Origin: Thermoprotei archaeon
GTDB taxonomy: Archaea > Thermoproteota > Thermoprotei > Gearchaeales > WAQG01
Assembly: GCA_038881895.1 (NCBI GenBank)
Contig: JAVZOV010000002.1
Coordinates: forward strand, 352,208-416,207
Reading direction: 5' to 3'
DNA: 64,000 nucleotides
The translations under genes were made by a program, and so were the position numbers. Shown one piece after another: positions 27,738-37,326 of this stretch. How positions within the stretch are numbered: position 1 is the stretch's first letter; each line of letters starts with the position of its first letter. Under the pieces are notes generated by a model. It was given only the letters and a program-made list of their open reading frames with translations. It had not been told where the DNA came from and did no database searches.

Positions 27738-28766
27738 ATGAATAAATCAAATATAACAATTGCAACGCTAGGCTCACACTCTGCTTTACAAATACTCAAG
27801 GGAGCCAAAGACGAAGGATTTAAAACAGTTTTAATAAGTCTAAAAAAGAGATTAAAGCTTTATAGTAGATTTCGAAAATTAATAGATGAATTAATAATTG
27901 TAGAAGATTTTTCAGAAATTTCATCAAAAGAAATACAAGAAAAACTCCTTAATCTAAACTCTATACTAATACCTCATGGTTCTTTAATTGAATATATCAA
28001 TCTAGAAACTATTGAAAAAAATTTTAAAGTTCCAATATTTGGTAACAAATATATCTTCAGATGGGAATCAGACAGGGTGCTTAAGGATAGGCTATTAAAT
28101 GAGGCCCATATAAGAACACCAAAAACGTATAAAACACTTGACGAAATTAATAAACTAACAATAGTTAAACTTCCAGGAGCTAAAGGTGGCAAGGGATACT
28201 TTCTAACATCAAATCCAGATGACGTCAAAATAAAAATTCATAACATGGGATTAAAAATAGAGGATGTGTTCATCCAAGAATATATTATAGGTACAACAGC
28301 ATATATTCATTTCTTCAATTCACCATTAACCAATGAACTTGAGCTAATAAGCATCGACAAAAGATATGAGACAAATGTTGATGGACTAGGAAGACTTCCA
28401 GCTGATATACAGCTATTATTAAAACCAGAAACCTCATATTTAGTTATAGGAAACGTCCCGATTGTGCTCAGGGAATCATTACTAGAGGAAATATTTGAAA
28501 TAGGTGATAACCTCGTTGAAACATCTAAAAAACTTATACCACCAGGACTCATAGGCCCATTTTGTATCGAAGGAACTTATGATAAAGATGGAAATTTTTA
28601 TGTGTTTGAATTCTCAGCCAGAATAGTTGCAGGCACAAACCTTTATACGCACGGTTCACCTTACACATGGTTACTATACAACGAGCCAATAAGCATGGGT
28701 CGGAGAATAGCTATAGAAATCAAAAAAGCAATACAAGAGAATAGGATAACAGATATTATAACATAA
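27738..28766 (+). CDS. purP: PurP paralogue, copy 2
   Basis: Collinear with copy 1 (IATLGSHSALQILKGAKDEGFKT...IFGNK...GRRIAIEIKKAI..ITDIIT). ATG follows GTGGTGA. Confidence 0.7.
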   Translation: MNKSNITIATLGSHSALQILKGAKDEGFKTVLISLKKRLKLYSRFRKLIDELIIVEDFSEISSKEIQEKLLNLNSILIPHGSLIEYINLETIEKNFKVPIFGNKYIFRWESDRVLKDRLLNEAHIRTPKTYKTLDEINKLTIVKLPGAKGGKGYFLTSNPDDVKIKIHNMGLKIEDVFIQEYIIGTTAYIHFFNSPLTNELELISIDKRYETNVDGLGRLPADIQLLLKPETSYLVIGNVPIVLRESLLEEIFEIGDNLVETSKKLIPPGLIGPFCIEGTYDKDGNFYVFEFSARIVAGTNLYTHGSPYTWLLYNEPISMGRRIAIEIKKAIQENRITDIIT

Positions 28767-28767
28767 T

Positions 28768-29154
28768 TTATGGTATAAACGCTATAGCTTCCACCTCTAA
28801 ATCTACACCTCTAGGCAAATTACTTACCTCCACAACGCTTCGTGCAGGAGGACTATCTAGAAAATATTCAGAATATATAGAATTAAACTCGCCAAACTTG
28901 TTCATATCTTTAAGATACACATTAACTTTAACAATATTTCTTAAATTTCCTCCAGCAGCCTCTACAATATTTTTTAGATTATCTAAAACCCTGCGCACCT
29001 TAGTAGCAAAATCACCCTCAACGAGTTGACCAGTAACAGGATCGATTGGTATTTGTCCAGATATAAAAAGAAAAGATGACGCGAACACTCCTTGTGAATA
29101 TGGACCAATTGGTTTAGGCGCCTTTTCTGTAAATATGATCTTTTTAACTGGCAT
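28768..29154 (-). CDS. ridA: RidA/YjgF/L-PSP family enamine/imine deaminase
   Basis: APKPIGPYSQGV and C-terminal PRGVDLEVEAIA. Start ATG 29154 (MPVKKIIF). Confidence 0.85.
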   Translation of the reverse strand: MPVKKIIFTEKAPKPIGPYSQGVFASSFLFISGQIPIDPVTGQLVEGDFATKVRRVLDNLKNIVEAAGGNLRNIVKVNVYLKDMNKFGEFNSIYSEYFLDSPPARSVVEVSNLPRGVDLEVEAIAFIP

Positions 29155-29284
29155 AGACATCAGCATCAATTATCACAGACTGGTATTAAAGGTTTATCCC
29201 GGATTCTAATATATCGGATGCTATAAATATATAATTATGGCTTATATAAATATTCCTGTTCAATACTAAAACTATGAATAATAA

Positions 29285-29359
29285 TGGAGCCGGGGGCGGG
29301 ATTCGAACCCGCGTATAGCGGGTCTGCAGCCCGCCGCCTCACCACTCGACCACCCCGGC
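29285..29359 (-). tRNA. tRNA-Cys(GCA), CCA encoded
   Basis: Reverse complement reads gccgggg-tg-gtcgagtggtgaggc-g-gcggg-ctGCAga-cccgc-tatac-gcggg-ttcgaat-cccgc-ccccggc-t-cca. Discriminator U73 fits Cys identity. Confidence 0.9.
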
Positions 29360-29553
29360 TTTAGACTTCTTCATATAGAATAATGGATATGGGAGTTAAA
29401 ATATTTAACGTTAAAGAGACCCTAAAAGTTATGCAACACACATAATAATCAAAAATTTATGGATTCAAATTTATTAAGAAATTTAAATAACTATGTTAAT
29501 TTTATAAAGTTATGTAGATCAAAATTTAAATACAGTTGTAACATAGATATTAT

Positions 29554-30129
29554 TTGGTGATAACTGTGGATAAAAGTGTTACCCAATTATCAAAACCTGA
29601 CACTTTTACTGCAATAGCGTATATTGCAGTAACATCAGCTGTCACAGCAGTTGGTTTTCTGTTTACTGCTCCAATACCTTTGATACCTGGCGCTATACAG
29701 TGGAGGGTTCTTGCATTTTTACCATGTGTGTTTGGCATATTATTTGGACCATTAATAGGTTTTCTCTCAGGAGCAATAGGTAATACTCTTTGGGCATTGC
29801 TCGGAGGTTATTTTAATCCTGCAACACCAATATTTGATCTTATCGGAGTTGGCATAACCGGATTATTACCAGGTCTTCTAACTAAACCAGAGGACTCACT
29901 AAATAGAAAAGGTCTTATTAAGATAAGTGTGTTATCGTTTGTTTCCGGTTTGATTATGGTTCCAATCGTTGCAATAGGATTTGATTGGGTTGGTGTTGCT
30001 CCTTTTGGTACTGCAGTGATTTTGTTAGCAATTAGTGATTTACCACCAATTCTTATTGGAACACCAGTAGTAGTGAGAATCATTGTTCCTACTTTAATAA
30101 GAAGAGGTTTAATACGATGGAGACTTTAA
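29554..30129 (+). CDS. ECF-transporter substrate-capture (S) component-like membrane protein
   Basis: 191 aa, 5-6 TM, with LFGPLIGFLSGAIGNTLW. Overlaps the downstream ECF ATPase gene. TTG/GTG start is uncertain (29554, 29557 or 29566). Confidence 0.55.
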   Translation: MVITVDKSVTQLSKPDTFTAIAYIAVTSAVTAVGFLFTAPIPLIPGAIQWRVLAFLPCVFGILFGPLIGFLSGAIGNTLWALLGGYFNPATPIFDLIGVGITGLLPGLLTKPEDSLNRKGLIKISVLSFVSGLIMVPIVAIGFDWVGVAPFGTAVILLAISDLPPILIGTPVVVRIIVPTLIRRGLIRWRL

Positions 30130-31592
30130 ATAAACTTGTTGTTAAAAATTTACGTTGTAGTTATGATAGAAAACAAGTTCTAAATAATATATCTTTTTCT
30201 TTAAAAGATAGAGAAGCATTAGCAATAATAGGATCAGCTGGAACTGGAAAATCAACATTGGCGTATTGTTTATCAGGAATAATACCCCACAAGATTAGAG
30301 GAACAATTAGTGGAGAGATTCTTTTTCGTAATGAAAATATTTTAGGGAAGAAACCCAGTGAATTGGCTAGTAAAATTGGTTTTATTATGCAAAATTATGA
30401 TATGCAAATTTTTGGTTTAACAGTTGAAGAAGATGTTAGATTTGGTCTTGAGAATCTTGGATTCGATGAAAACGAAATTGAAAAACGAATAAACTGGGTC
30501 TTGAAATCATTAGGGTTAGAAAAGTATAAAAGAACTTACGTATCACAACTTTCAAGTGGTTTAAAACAAAAGTTAGTGATGGCATCTATACTCGTTATGA
30601 GACCTGATATAATCATCATGGATGATCCTTTATTAAATCTTGATTGGATCGGGACCAAAAATTTAGAAAAGATTATTATTGATCTTAAGAAACAGGGTAC
30701 TAGTTTTATAATACTCACCAAGCATATCGAAGGATTAGACAATGCTGTTGACAAAGTCGTCTTATTAAATAATAATATAATGAGTAATGAAAAAGTGAAG
30801 ACATCTAGTATGTCAGAAATGCATAAAGTAAGAAAAAATGAAGAATTAGTAAAGCTAGATAAGGTGTGGTTTAGATATCCTAATGGAGATTTTATACTCA
30901 AAGATTTAACATTAAGTGTAAATAAGTATGATATAATAGCTATAATGGGTCCCAACGGTTCTGGAAAAACTACATTAATAAAACTCATGAGTGGCCTTCT
31001 AAAACCTACTAAAGGATGTGTTACTGTGGTTGGAAAAGATACTAAAAAATATAACGCGCCTAAATTAGTTAATCATGTTTCTCTTGTTTTTCAAAATCCT
31101 GAAAAATATATAACGTTTGAGACAGTATGGGATGAGGTCACTTTCGGATGTAAAAATCTAAAACTCCCTTTAACATACGCAGAAAATGCTTTAAAACTCT
31201 TTAATCTGTATGAAAGAAGACGTGATCCTCCCTATGAGCTAAGCATGAGTGAAAAAATTAAACTCCATATAGTATCTGCATTAGCATTAAATCCAGATAT
31301 ACTTATTCTTGATGAGCCAGTGACAGTTCATGATGCAAATTCATTAACACCATTAAAAACAGTAATAGAACAGTCATATAAGCAAGGTAAAGCTGTCATA
31401 ATCGTCACCCATGATACTGACTTAGCATTGCATCTATGCAATAGAATCATCATAATTAATAACGGCGCGATCATAGCTGATAATACACCTGATGTAATAC
31501 TTTCTAACGATACGTTAATAAAACAAATTGGATTAAAACCCATAAATACTTACGAGATTGGATTAACGATAAAAAAACAAGCTTCTGGGTGA
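30117..31592 (+). CDS. ecfA: ECF transporter ATPase, fused EcfA-EcfA' (two ABC domains)
   Basis: Walker A GSAGTGKST and GPNGSGKTT, signatures LSSGLKQ and LSMSEKI, Walker B IIIMDD and ILILDE. Confidence 0.85.
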   Translation: METLNKLVVKNLRCSYDRKQVLNNISFSLKDREALAIIGSAGTGKSTLAYCLSGIIPHKIRGTISGEILFRNENILGKKPSELASKIGFIMQNYDMQIFGLTVEEDVRFGLENLGFDENEIEKRINWVLKSLGLEKYKRTYVSQLSSGLKQKLVMASILVMRPDIIIMDDPLLNLDWIGTKNLEKIIIDLKKQGTSFIILTKHIEGLDNAVDKVVLLNNNIMSNEKVKTSSMSEMHKVRKNEELVKLDKVWFRYPNGDFILKDLTLSVNKYDIIAIMGPNGSGKTTLIKLMSGLLKPTKGCVTVVGKDTKKYNAPKLVNHVSLVFQNPEKYITFETVWDEVTFGCKNLKLPLTYAENALKLFNLYERRRDPPYELSMSEKIKLHIVSALALNPDILILDEPVTVHDANSLTPLKTVIEQSYKQGKAVIIVTHDTDLALHLCNRIIIINNGAIIADNTPDVILSNDTLIKQIGLKPINTYEIGLTIKKQASG

Positions 31593-31598
31593 TATTCT

Positions 31599-32318
31599 AT
31601 GATAAGTTTAGACCCGAGAACAAAGGTTATATTATTTGTTGTGTTGTTTGCGCTGGTTTTTATAGTAACAGGCTTCTATTACTTTTTGACGTTGATCATC
31701 ATAGCATTTATAATAACCTTGTTTAACAAAAATGAGAAACGTTTTTTGAAGTCCCTGGTAAAATTCATACCGGTATTGTTGATTGCATTTATTATGTGGT
31801 CACTGTTTCATAACTGGTCACTATTTCACATAAACGATACGGAAAACTCCGGCGTAAATATAGGCATACTCATGACGGTTCGCCTTCTTACACTTTTTTC
31901 CATTTCATTATCCTTTCTCTTAACAATAAGACCTGAAGAGTTAATTAAAGCATTAGAAGCTCTTAACTTTCCTTATACGATTGCATTTACATTAGGACTT
32001 GCGCTAAGATATGTGGACACTATATCAGAGGAATACAATACTATAAAGGAAGCACAAACATCAAGAGGATTAGAATTAGATAGCGGATTTTTATTAAAAA
32101 GAATAAAAAATTACACATATGTTCTAATTCCATTGTTAGTTCGGAGTATAGAAACTGCAGAAAAGTTGGTATTTGCAATGGAACTTAGGGCATTCTCACT
32201 TAGAAAAAAACAACATAAGATAACGTACAAGCTTAAACTATTAGATTATATCTTGATTACATTTTCGCTAATAATTCTAAGCTTATCCATAGCTTATTAT
32301 ATTTTAAAGGTGATTTAG
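31599..32318 (+). CDS. ecfT: ECF transporter transmembrane (T) component EcfT/CbiQ
   Basis: 239 aa, multi-TM, with coupling-helix motifs EAQTSRGLE and AMELRAF. Confidence 0.8.
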   Translation: MISLDPRTKVILFVVLFALVFIVTGFYYFLTLIIIAFIITLFNKNEKRFLKSLVKFIPVLLIAFIMWSLFHNWSLFHINDTENSGVNIGILMTVRLLTLFSISLSFLLTIRPEELIKALEALNFPYTIAFTLGLALRYVDTISEEYNTIKEAQTSRGLELDSGFLLKRIKNYTYVLIPLLVRSIETAEKLVFAMELRAFSLRKKQHKITYKLKLLDYILITFSLIILSLSIAYYILKVI

Positions 32319-32927
32319 ATGAACGAAGTTTGCATCTATAAGGGACAAAAATATTATACAATAGGATTATTTAACCTCATAAGAAAGCTTCCTATAGTAC
32401 CTGTTGATGATGATATTTGGATAGCATCTGATGCTGAGCTTGTACTGGAAGATACTGAATTTATCAGCAGAGCCGCCCAGGAAATAGCGGAAACAATAAA
32501 ACCATTAAACCCAGACATAATAATAACACCAGAAGCAAAATCAATTGCATTGACGTATGAGATTTCAAAAAACCTTAATCATAAACGATTTGTTGTCGCT
32601 AGAAAAAGTGTCAAAGGATACATGAAAGAGCACATAATTGAACAAGTTAGATCTATAACAACAAAGGAAGAACAAATGCTAGTATTAAACTTGGATGATA
32701 TAAATCTTATTAAAGATCATAAAGTATGTATCTTTGATGATGTAGTATCCACCGGAGGAACCATAAAAGCATTGGAAAGCCTCGTAAAAAAAGCTGAAGG
32801 TAAAATTGTGTGTAAAATTAGTATCTGGCGTGAAGGACCATGGTATAAAACAAATGATTTATTATTCTTTGACATACTTCCTATTTTTGTTTCAAAAAAA
32901 CTTTATAACAAATTTATAAAAACATGA
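32319..32927 (+). CDS. Type I phosphoribosyltransferase (adenine/purine PRT-like)
   Basis: PRPP-binding loop VCIFDDVVSTGGT. The start codon abuts the ecfT stop. Confidence 0.7.
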   Translation: MNEVCIYKGQKYYTIGLFNLIRKLPIVPVDDDIWIASDAELVLEDTEFISRAAQEIAETIKPLNPDIIITPEAKSIALTYEISKNLNHKRFVVARKSVKGYMKEHIIEQVRSITTKEEQMLVLNLDDINLIKDHKVCIFDDVVSTGGTIKALESLVKKAEGKIVCKISIWREGPWYKTNDLLFFDILPIFVSKKLYNKFIKT

Positions 32928-32935
32928 TCTTTTAA

Positions 32936-33724
32936 TTATGTTGGTGACAGTCTCTTAAACACTTCAAAGATCGAAACAAAATCAGATTCTGATAATCCTA
33001 ATCCCTCTGCCATTTTATAAAGCTGAAGTGCAATAGTTGACATTGGTGTTATCGCTTTTATTCTCTGAGCTTCTCTCTCTACTATTTCTAAATCTTTTTT
33101 CATGTGCTTTGTAGCGAACTGCGTGGAATAATCTGCGAATAATACTTTAGAAACCTTCAGTTCAGATGTGGGAGATCGTGCGCTGCTAAGCTCAGTTAAT
33201 ATTGTTGCTGTAATATTAGGATTAAGAACCACTTTTATTCCGAAATTATAAGCTTCTGCTATAGCAGCAATATAAGAACCTATTAACAAATTATTCACAA
33301 GCTTAGCGTACAATCCCATTCCATTTCTACCAATATAGATTATTGATGATGAAATATGTTGTAAAACATCCTTAATAGTATTAAAATATTCGCTTGGTCC
33401 TCCCACCAATATTGCGATCTTTTTCTGTTCCACCATTATAGAGGTTCCAATAACTAGTGCATCAAACATAATACCGCCATTCTCGTTAACCTTTTTAGCA
33501 AGCTCAATACTAACCGAAGGTGGTATAGTGGACATATCCACTAAAATTTTATCTTTTAAATAAGGAAGGATTTGATTTATTACTGAGGAGACTGCTGTAT
33601 CATCAGAAAGCATAGTAATTATAAAATCTGCATTTCTACTAATCTCTTCTAAAGATCGTGCGTACGGAGTCCCGTACTTTTTACTGAAACTTTCAGCTTT
33701 CTCTAAAATTCTGTTGTATACAAT
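32936..33724 (-). pseudogene. 5'-truncated beta-hydroxyacid dehydrogenase (HIBADH/6PGDH-NAD-binding family)
   Basis: The frame is open from 33724 (EFIVYNRILEKAE...ADFIITMLSDD) with no start codon before Met at 33613. The N-terminal GxGxxG Rossmann segment is missing. An IS scar lies upstream. Confidence 0.6.
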
Positions 33725-33789
33725 AAACTCTTAGCGTTAGCTAAGTTAGCTCCTATTCTCCAACCGTTGTTGGATAGTTAATTTTTTAT

Positions 33790-34165
33790 AACTATCTGTT
33801 CCATCTCTGCCAAAGTTTCATGGATGGCTTTCTGGGGCACGGGGCTCCCCTCATCCTGAGCAGATTAATACACGCAATTACATCTCTATCGTTTTCGTAT
33901 CCGCATTTACATTTTAATAGTCTATTGCCCATTCAGTGCTAATTCTCCACCACACCGGGCACAGGCTTGAAGTTCCTCGAGGATTGACGTACACGATTGT
34001 CAAACCTTCAAGTTTAGCTTTGTATTCGATGTAGGATTGTATTCTTCTGAAGTTCCGTGAGTGGAGTCTTCGGTTAAGCATCTTGCCATGGTTCATGTGT
34101 TTACGTATTCCCCTCAAGTCTTCCATGATTACGCCTATTTTTCTTTCAAGATGAGTGACCAGAAA
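33790..34165 (-). pseudogene. tnpB: tnpB fragment of a different subfamily, frameshifted and N-terminally truncated
   Basis: Reads ...LERKIGVIMEDLRGIRK...RRLHSRNFRRIQSYIEYKAKLEGLTIVYVNPRGTSSLCPV, then a frameshift, then KCKCGYENDRDVIACINLL in another frame. Confidence 0.7.
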
Positions 34166-34170
34166 ATTAT

Positions 34171-36144
34171 TTACTCTTCTTTCTGAAGTTGTGGAATTAT
34201 TTTTTCATAAAAATCTAAGGATTCTGGGTTTATAAGCGCATCTCTATTTGTTACAGGCTTACCATTTATTATGTTATAAACTGCGCTTTCTACCTTTTTC
34301 ATATTAAATGTATATGGTATGTCTGAGGTTTCTATAATTAGGGCTGGGACGTGTCTAGGTGAGGCTTCTTCACGTAATGCTTTCCTTATCCTATCTTTTA
34401 GTTCATCTGTCAGTCTATATCCATAATTCAATTTAACAAATAATATAATACGTTCGTCACCTTTCCATTTCTGTCCAACAGCAAGACTGTCAGCAATTTC
34501 TTTAAATTTCTCCAATACTCTGTAAATCTCTGCAGGACCGATGCGTATACCAGAAGGTTTGAGAGTAAAATCTGAACGTCCAAGGAAAGTTATCCCACCA
34601 GTATCACTATGAATTATAATCCAATCGCCGTGTCTCCATACATTACGATACGGAGCATAATAACTAAAATACGATTCCCAGTATTTTTTACCATCAGGAT
34701 CGTTCCAAAAGTAGAGAGGCATTGAGGGGGCTGGAGCTTCACATACAAGTTCTCCTTGCTGATCAAAAACTGGAATTCCTTTCTCGTCATATGCTCTAAT
34801 TTTCATTCCAAGAGCTGGACCTTGTAATTCACCTGCAAAAACTGGTTGTATTGGAGAACCTGCAGCAAAACAACCATTAATATCTGTACCACCAGAAATA
34901 GAATTAAAATGCAAATCCGCCTTAATTTCTCTGTAAACATACTCAAATCCTTCTGCCGAAAGAGAAGAACCAGTTTGAGAGATCTCTCTTAACGATGATA
35001 GATCAAAAAACTTTTTAGGTTGTGCCCCAACATTTCTAAGATAATTTATGTAACTGGCACTGCAACCAAAAATTGTTATTCTCTCTTCTTGAATTAATCT
35101 CCACATTGTTGTCCAATCAGGATAATTAGGATTACCATCATATAGGACTATAGTAGCACCAACAGCCAGAGAACTCATTAACCAATTCCACATCATCCAA
35201 CTAGGACTTGTTATGTAAGTAATTCTATCATCACGTTTCAAATCTGTATGAAGGATGAGTTCTTTCAGATGATTAATTAAGATACCTCCAGCTCCTTGAA
35301 CCATACTTTTCGGTTTTCCGGTTGTACCAGATGAAAACATTATGTAGACCGGATGATCAAAAGGTAATTGTTCAAAAATAATTTCCTCTTTTGTAGATGA
35401 GATAAAATTATTATAAAGAATAGCATTAGGAATGGTACTTATGTCAGGCTTATCATTTATGTATGGAATAATGATGATTTTTTCTAGCGAAGAAATTCCT
35501 TTAGCAACTTTCTCAACATTAGGCAATAAATCATAAATTTTTCCTTTGTATGGATATCCATCAACAGTAAACAAGACTTTTGGGTTTATTTGAGTAAATC
35601 GATCTAAGACCGCATTAGGTCCTAATTCGACACCACATGATGACCATATAGCACCTATACTTGTAGATGCTAACATAGCTATTGAAGTCTCTGGTATATT
35701 AGGCATATAGGCAGCTACACGATCTCCAGGGGAGAGTGCAATCTCTTTTAAAGATCTCACTAAACGTGATACTATATCATATAATTCAGAATATGTGATT
35801 CGTTTATATTTTCCGATTTCAGATTTAAATATAAAAGCTAAGTGATCATCTCTATATCTTAAAAGATTTTCAGCAAAATTTAATCGAGCACCTATAAACC
35901 ATTTAGCGCCAGGGAACTTGCTCAAATCATCAACTATAATATCATATGAACGCGATGCCTTAATCCCAACAAAATCCCAGACTGCAGCCCAAAAATCTGG
36001 TATATTTTCTATAGACCATTTATACAATTCATTATAAGATTTTATCTTTAGATCATATTTCTTGTTTACGAATTCAATGAACTTTGTTATGTTAGCTTGT
36101 TTTATTAGTTCTTCTGAAGGAGACCATAAAGCTGTCTTCATCAT
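34171..36144 (-). CDS. AMP-forming acyl-CoA synthetase, acetoacetate-CoA ligase-like
   Basis: 657 aa with AMP-binding motif FSSGTTGKPK. The long N-terminal region (WSPSEE..., FWAAVWDF) resembles acetoacetyl-CoA or acetyl-CoA synthetases. Confidence 0.75.
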   Translation of the reverse strand: MMKTALWSPSEELIKQANITKFIEFVNKKYDLKIKSYNELYKWSIENIPDFWAAVWDFVGIKASRSYDIIVDDLSKFPGAKWFIGARLNFAENLLRYRDDHLAFIFKSEIGKYKRITYSELYDIVSRLVRSLKEIALSPGDRVAAYMPNIPETSIAMLASTSIGAIWSSCGVELGPNAVLDRFTQINPKVLFTVDGYPYKGKIYDLLPNVEKVAKGISSLEKIIIIPYINDKPDISTIPNAILYNNFISSTKEEIIFEQLPFDHPVYIMFSSGTTGKPKSMVQGAGGILINHLKELILHTDLKRDDRITYITSPSWMMWNWLMSSLAVGATIVLYDGNPNYPDWTTMWRLIQEERITIFGCSASYINYLRNVGAQPKKFFDLSSLREISQTGSSLSAEGFEYVYREIKADLHFNSISGGTDINGCFAAGSPIQPVFAGELQGPALGMKIRAYDEKGIPVFDQQGELVCEAPAPSMPLYFWNDPDGKKYWESYFSYYAPYRNVWRHGDWIIIHSDTGGITFLGRSDFTLKPSGIRIGPAEIYRVLEKFKEIADSLAVGQKWKGDERIILFVKLNYGYRLTDELKDRIRKALREEASPRHVPALIIETSDIPYTFNMKKVESAVYNIINGKPVTNRDALINPESLDFYEKIIPQLQKEE

Positions 36145-36361
36145 TAACTATACTATAAAGAAATAAATAAAGATTGCGCTAATTGTTCATGCGAATCTTT
36201 TTATGTATAGAATTTTTATTATGTAAAACTTACAAAAACTAATACAATTCTGAGTCATGAATGTGTTTAGCTAATACAGAAACGTTTAAGTTTCATTTTT
36301 AATAGTTAAACCATGCTAGGAATACTAAGTTAATGTAGTTACGGAATTTTAACCTAAGCCA

Positions 36362-36490
36362 TTATACTATCTGTCCAACAGTCCTAACACGCCTTATTTT
36401 ACCTTGTTTATCCCATTGCTGAACGGTCCAGGTGGTGACTCCAAGAAGCTTCTTTGCCTCCTTGATTGTATAGAGCTTTTCGGACATCAT
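36362..36490 (-). pseudogene. Solo IS607-TnpA-like HTH remnant (42 codons)
   Basis: MMSEKLYTIKEAKKLLGVTTWTVQQWDKQGKIRRVRTVGQIV-stop. MerR-type HTH with no recombinase domain. The adjacent 36491-36535 resembles the LE of the three IS copies (ATTTAAA...GAAAC.GCTGA). Confidence 0.5.
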
Positions 36491-36695
36491 ATTCTCCTAT
36501 ACCCACCAATATTTAAATATCTATTTTGAAACCGCTGAAAGAGGCTTTTAATAACAATGCAGTACTGATCTTCCCTGATCCGTAGAGCTCTTGTATTGTT
36601 TCTCCTATATTCTGGTCCAGCTCATCTCTTTTTCGCTCTAAGCAAAGAAGAACTCCCTTTAAGGTGGAGAGGATGACAGATTTAATTTTAGATTT

Positions 36696-37325
36696 CTATG
36701 AGATCTTTTCTTTAAGGTGCAACCCGATTTCCGATATAACTTGTTTAGAAATTTCATAGCCTTCATTGAATGCTAGCTCGTTTACAAGATAGAACTTCGG
36801 AGCTATCCGTTCTTTGATGGCATTAAGCAATTCGTTTGACGAAAGTGGAAGTACTTCTGTACCTGCTAATGCACCCAGCATCACAGTATTAATTACTTGA
36901 ATAGCATTTAGCTTTCTAGCTATACTATCAGCATCGATTTTTATTATATTCTTTGTGATTTTTTTAATTCTAACGTATATTTCCTCTTTATCTGGAATGT
37001 TTATCTTTGGAAGAACAGGTTTGATAATATTATCATTCACAAGGACTATTGTCTTAGGATTCATATATCTTGCAGTTCTTAAAGTTTCTAGGGCCTCCAA
37101 ACCTATAACAACATCAGCACTCCCATCATCTGCTATTGGTGAAAATTCTGTAAAACCAGCTTTTAGGTGCGAAATTACAGAACCTCCTCTTTGAGCCAAT
37201 CCATGAATCTCTGTACTCTTCACGTTGAATCCCTTTTTCATTAGTGCACGCCCTATGATTTCTGATAATGTTAATATACCTTGTCCACCTACACCCGTTA
37301 TTATTAATGTTAAAATTTTATTCAT
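36696..37325 (-). CDS. iorB: Indolepyruvate:ferredoxin oxidoreductase beta subunit
   Basis: 209 aa with GVGGQGILT; immediately downstream of iorA. Confidence 0.75.
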   Translation of the reverse strand: MNKILTLIITGVGGQGILTLSEIIGRALMKKGFNVKSTEIHGLAQRGGSVISHLKAGFTEFSPIADDGSADVVIGLEALETLRTARYMNPKTIVLVNDNIIKPVLPKINIPDKEEIYVRIKKITKNIIKIDADSIARKLNAIQVINTVMLGALAGTEVLPLSSNELLNAIKERIAPKFYLVNELAFNEGYEISKQVISEIGLHLKEKIS

Positions 37326-37326
37326 A

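Noticed and set aside
29550-29738. 62-aa minus-strand ORF, plus 29808..30083, 30536..30988 and 31328..31543
   Set aside because: They are antisense to the ECF operon genes, which have clear family motifs.
33725-33804. Possible degenerate N-terminus of the HIBADH-like gene (ATG at 33804, MEQIVIKN-stop, then GWRIGANLANAKS in another frame)
   Set aside because: The match to the GxGxxG Rossmann segment is poor and the region overlaps the tnpB fragment, so it may be coincidental. I report only the robust truncated frame.
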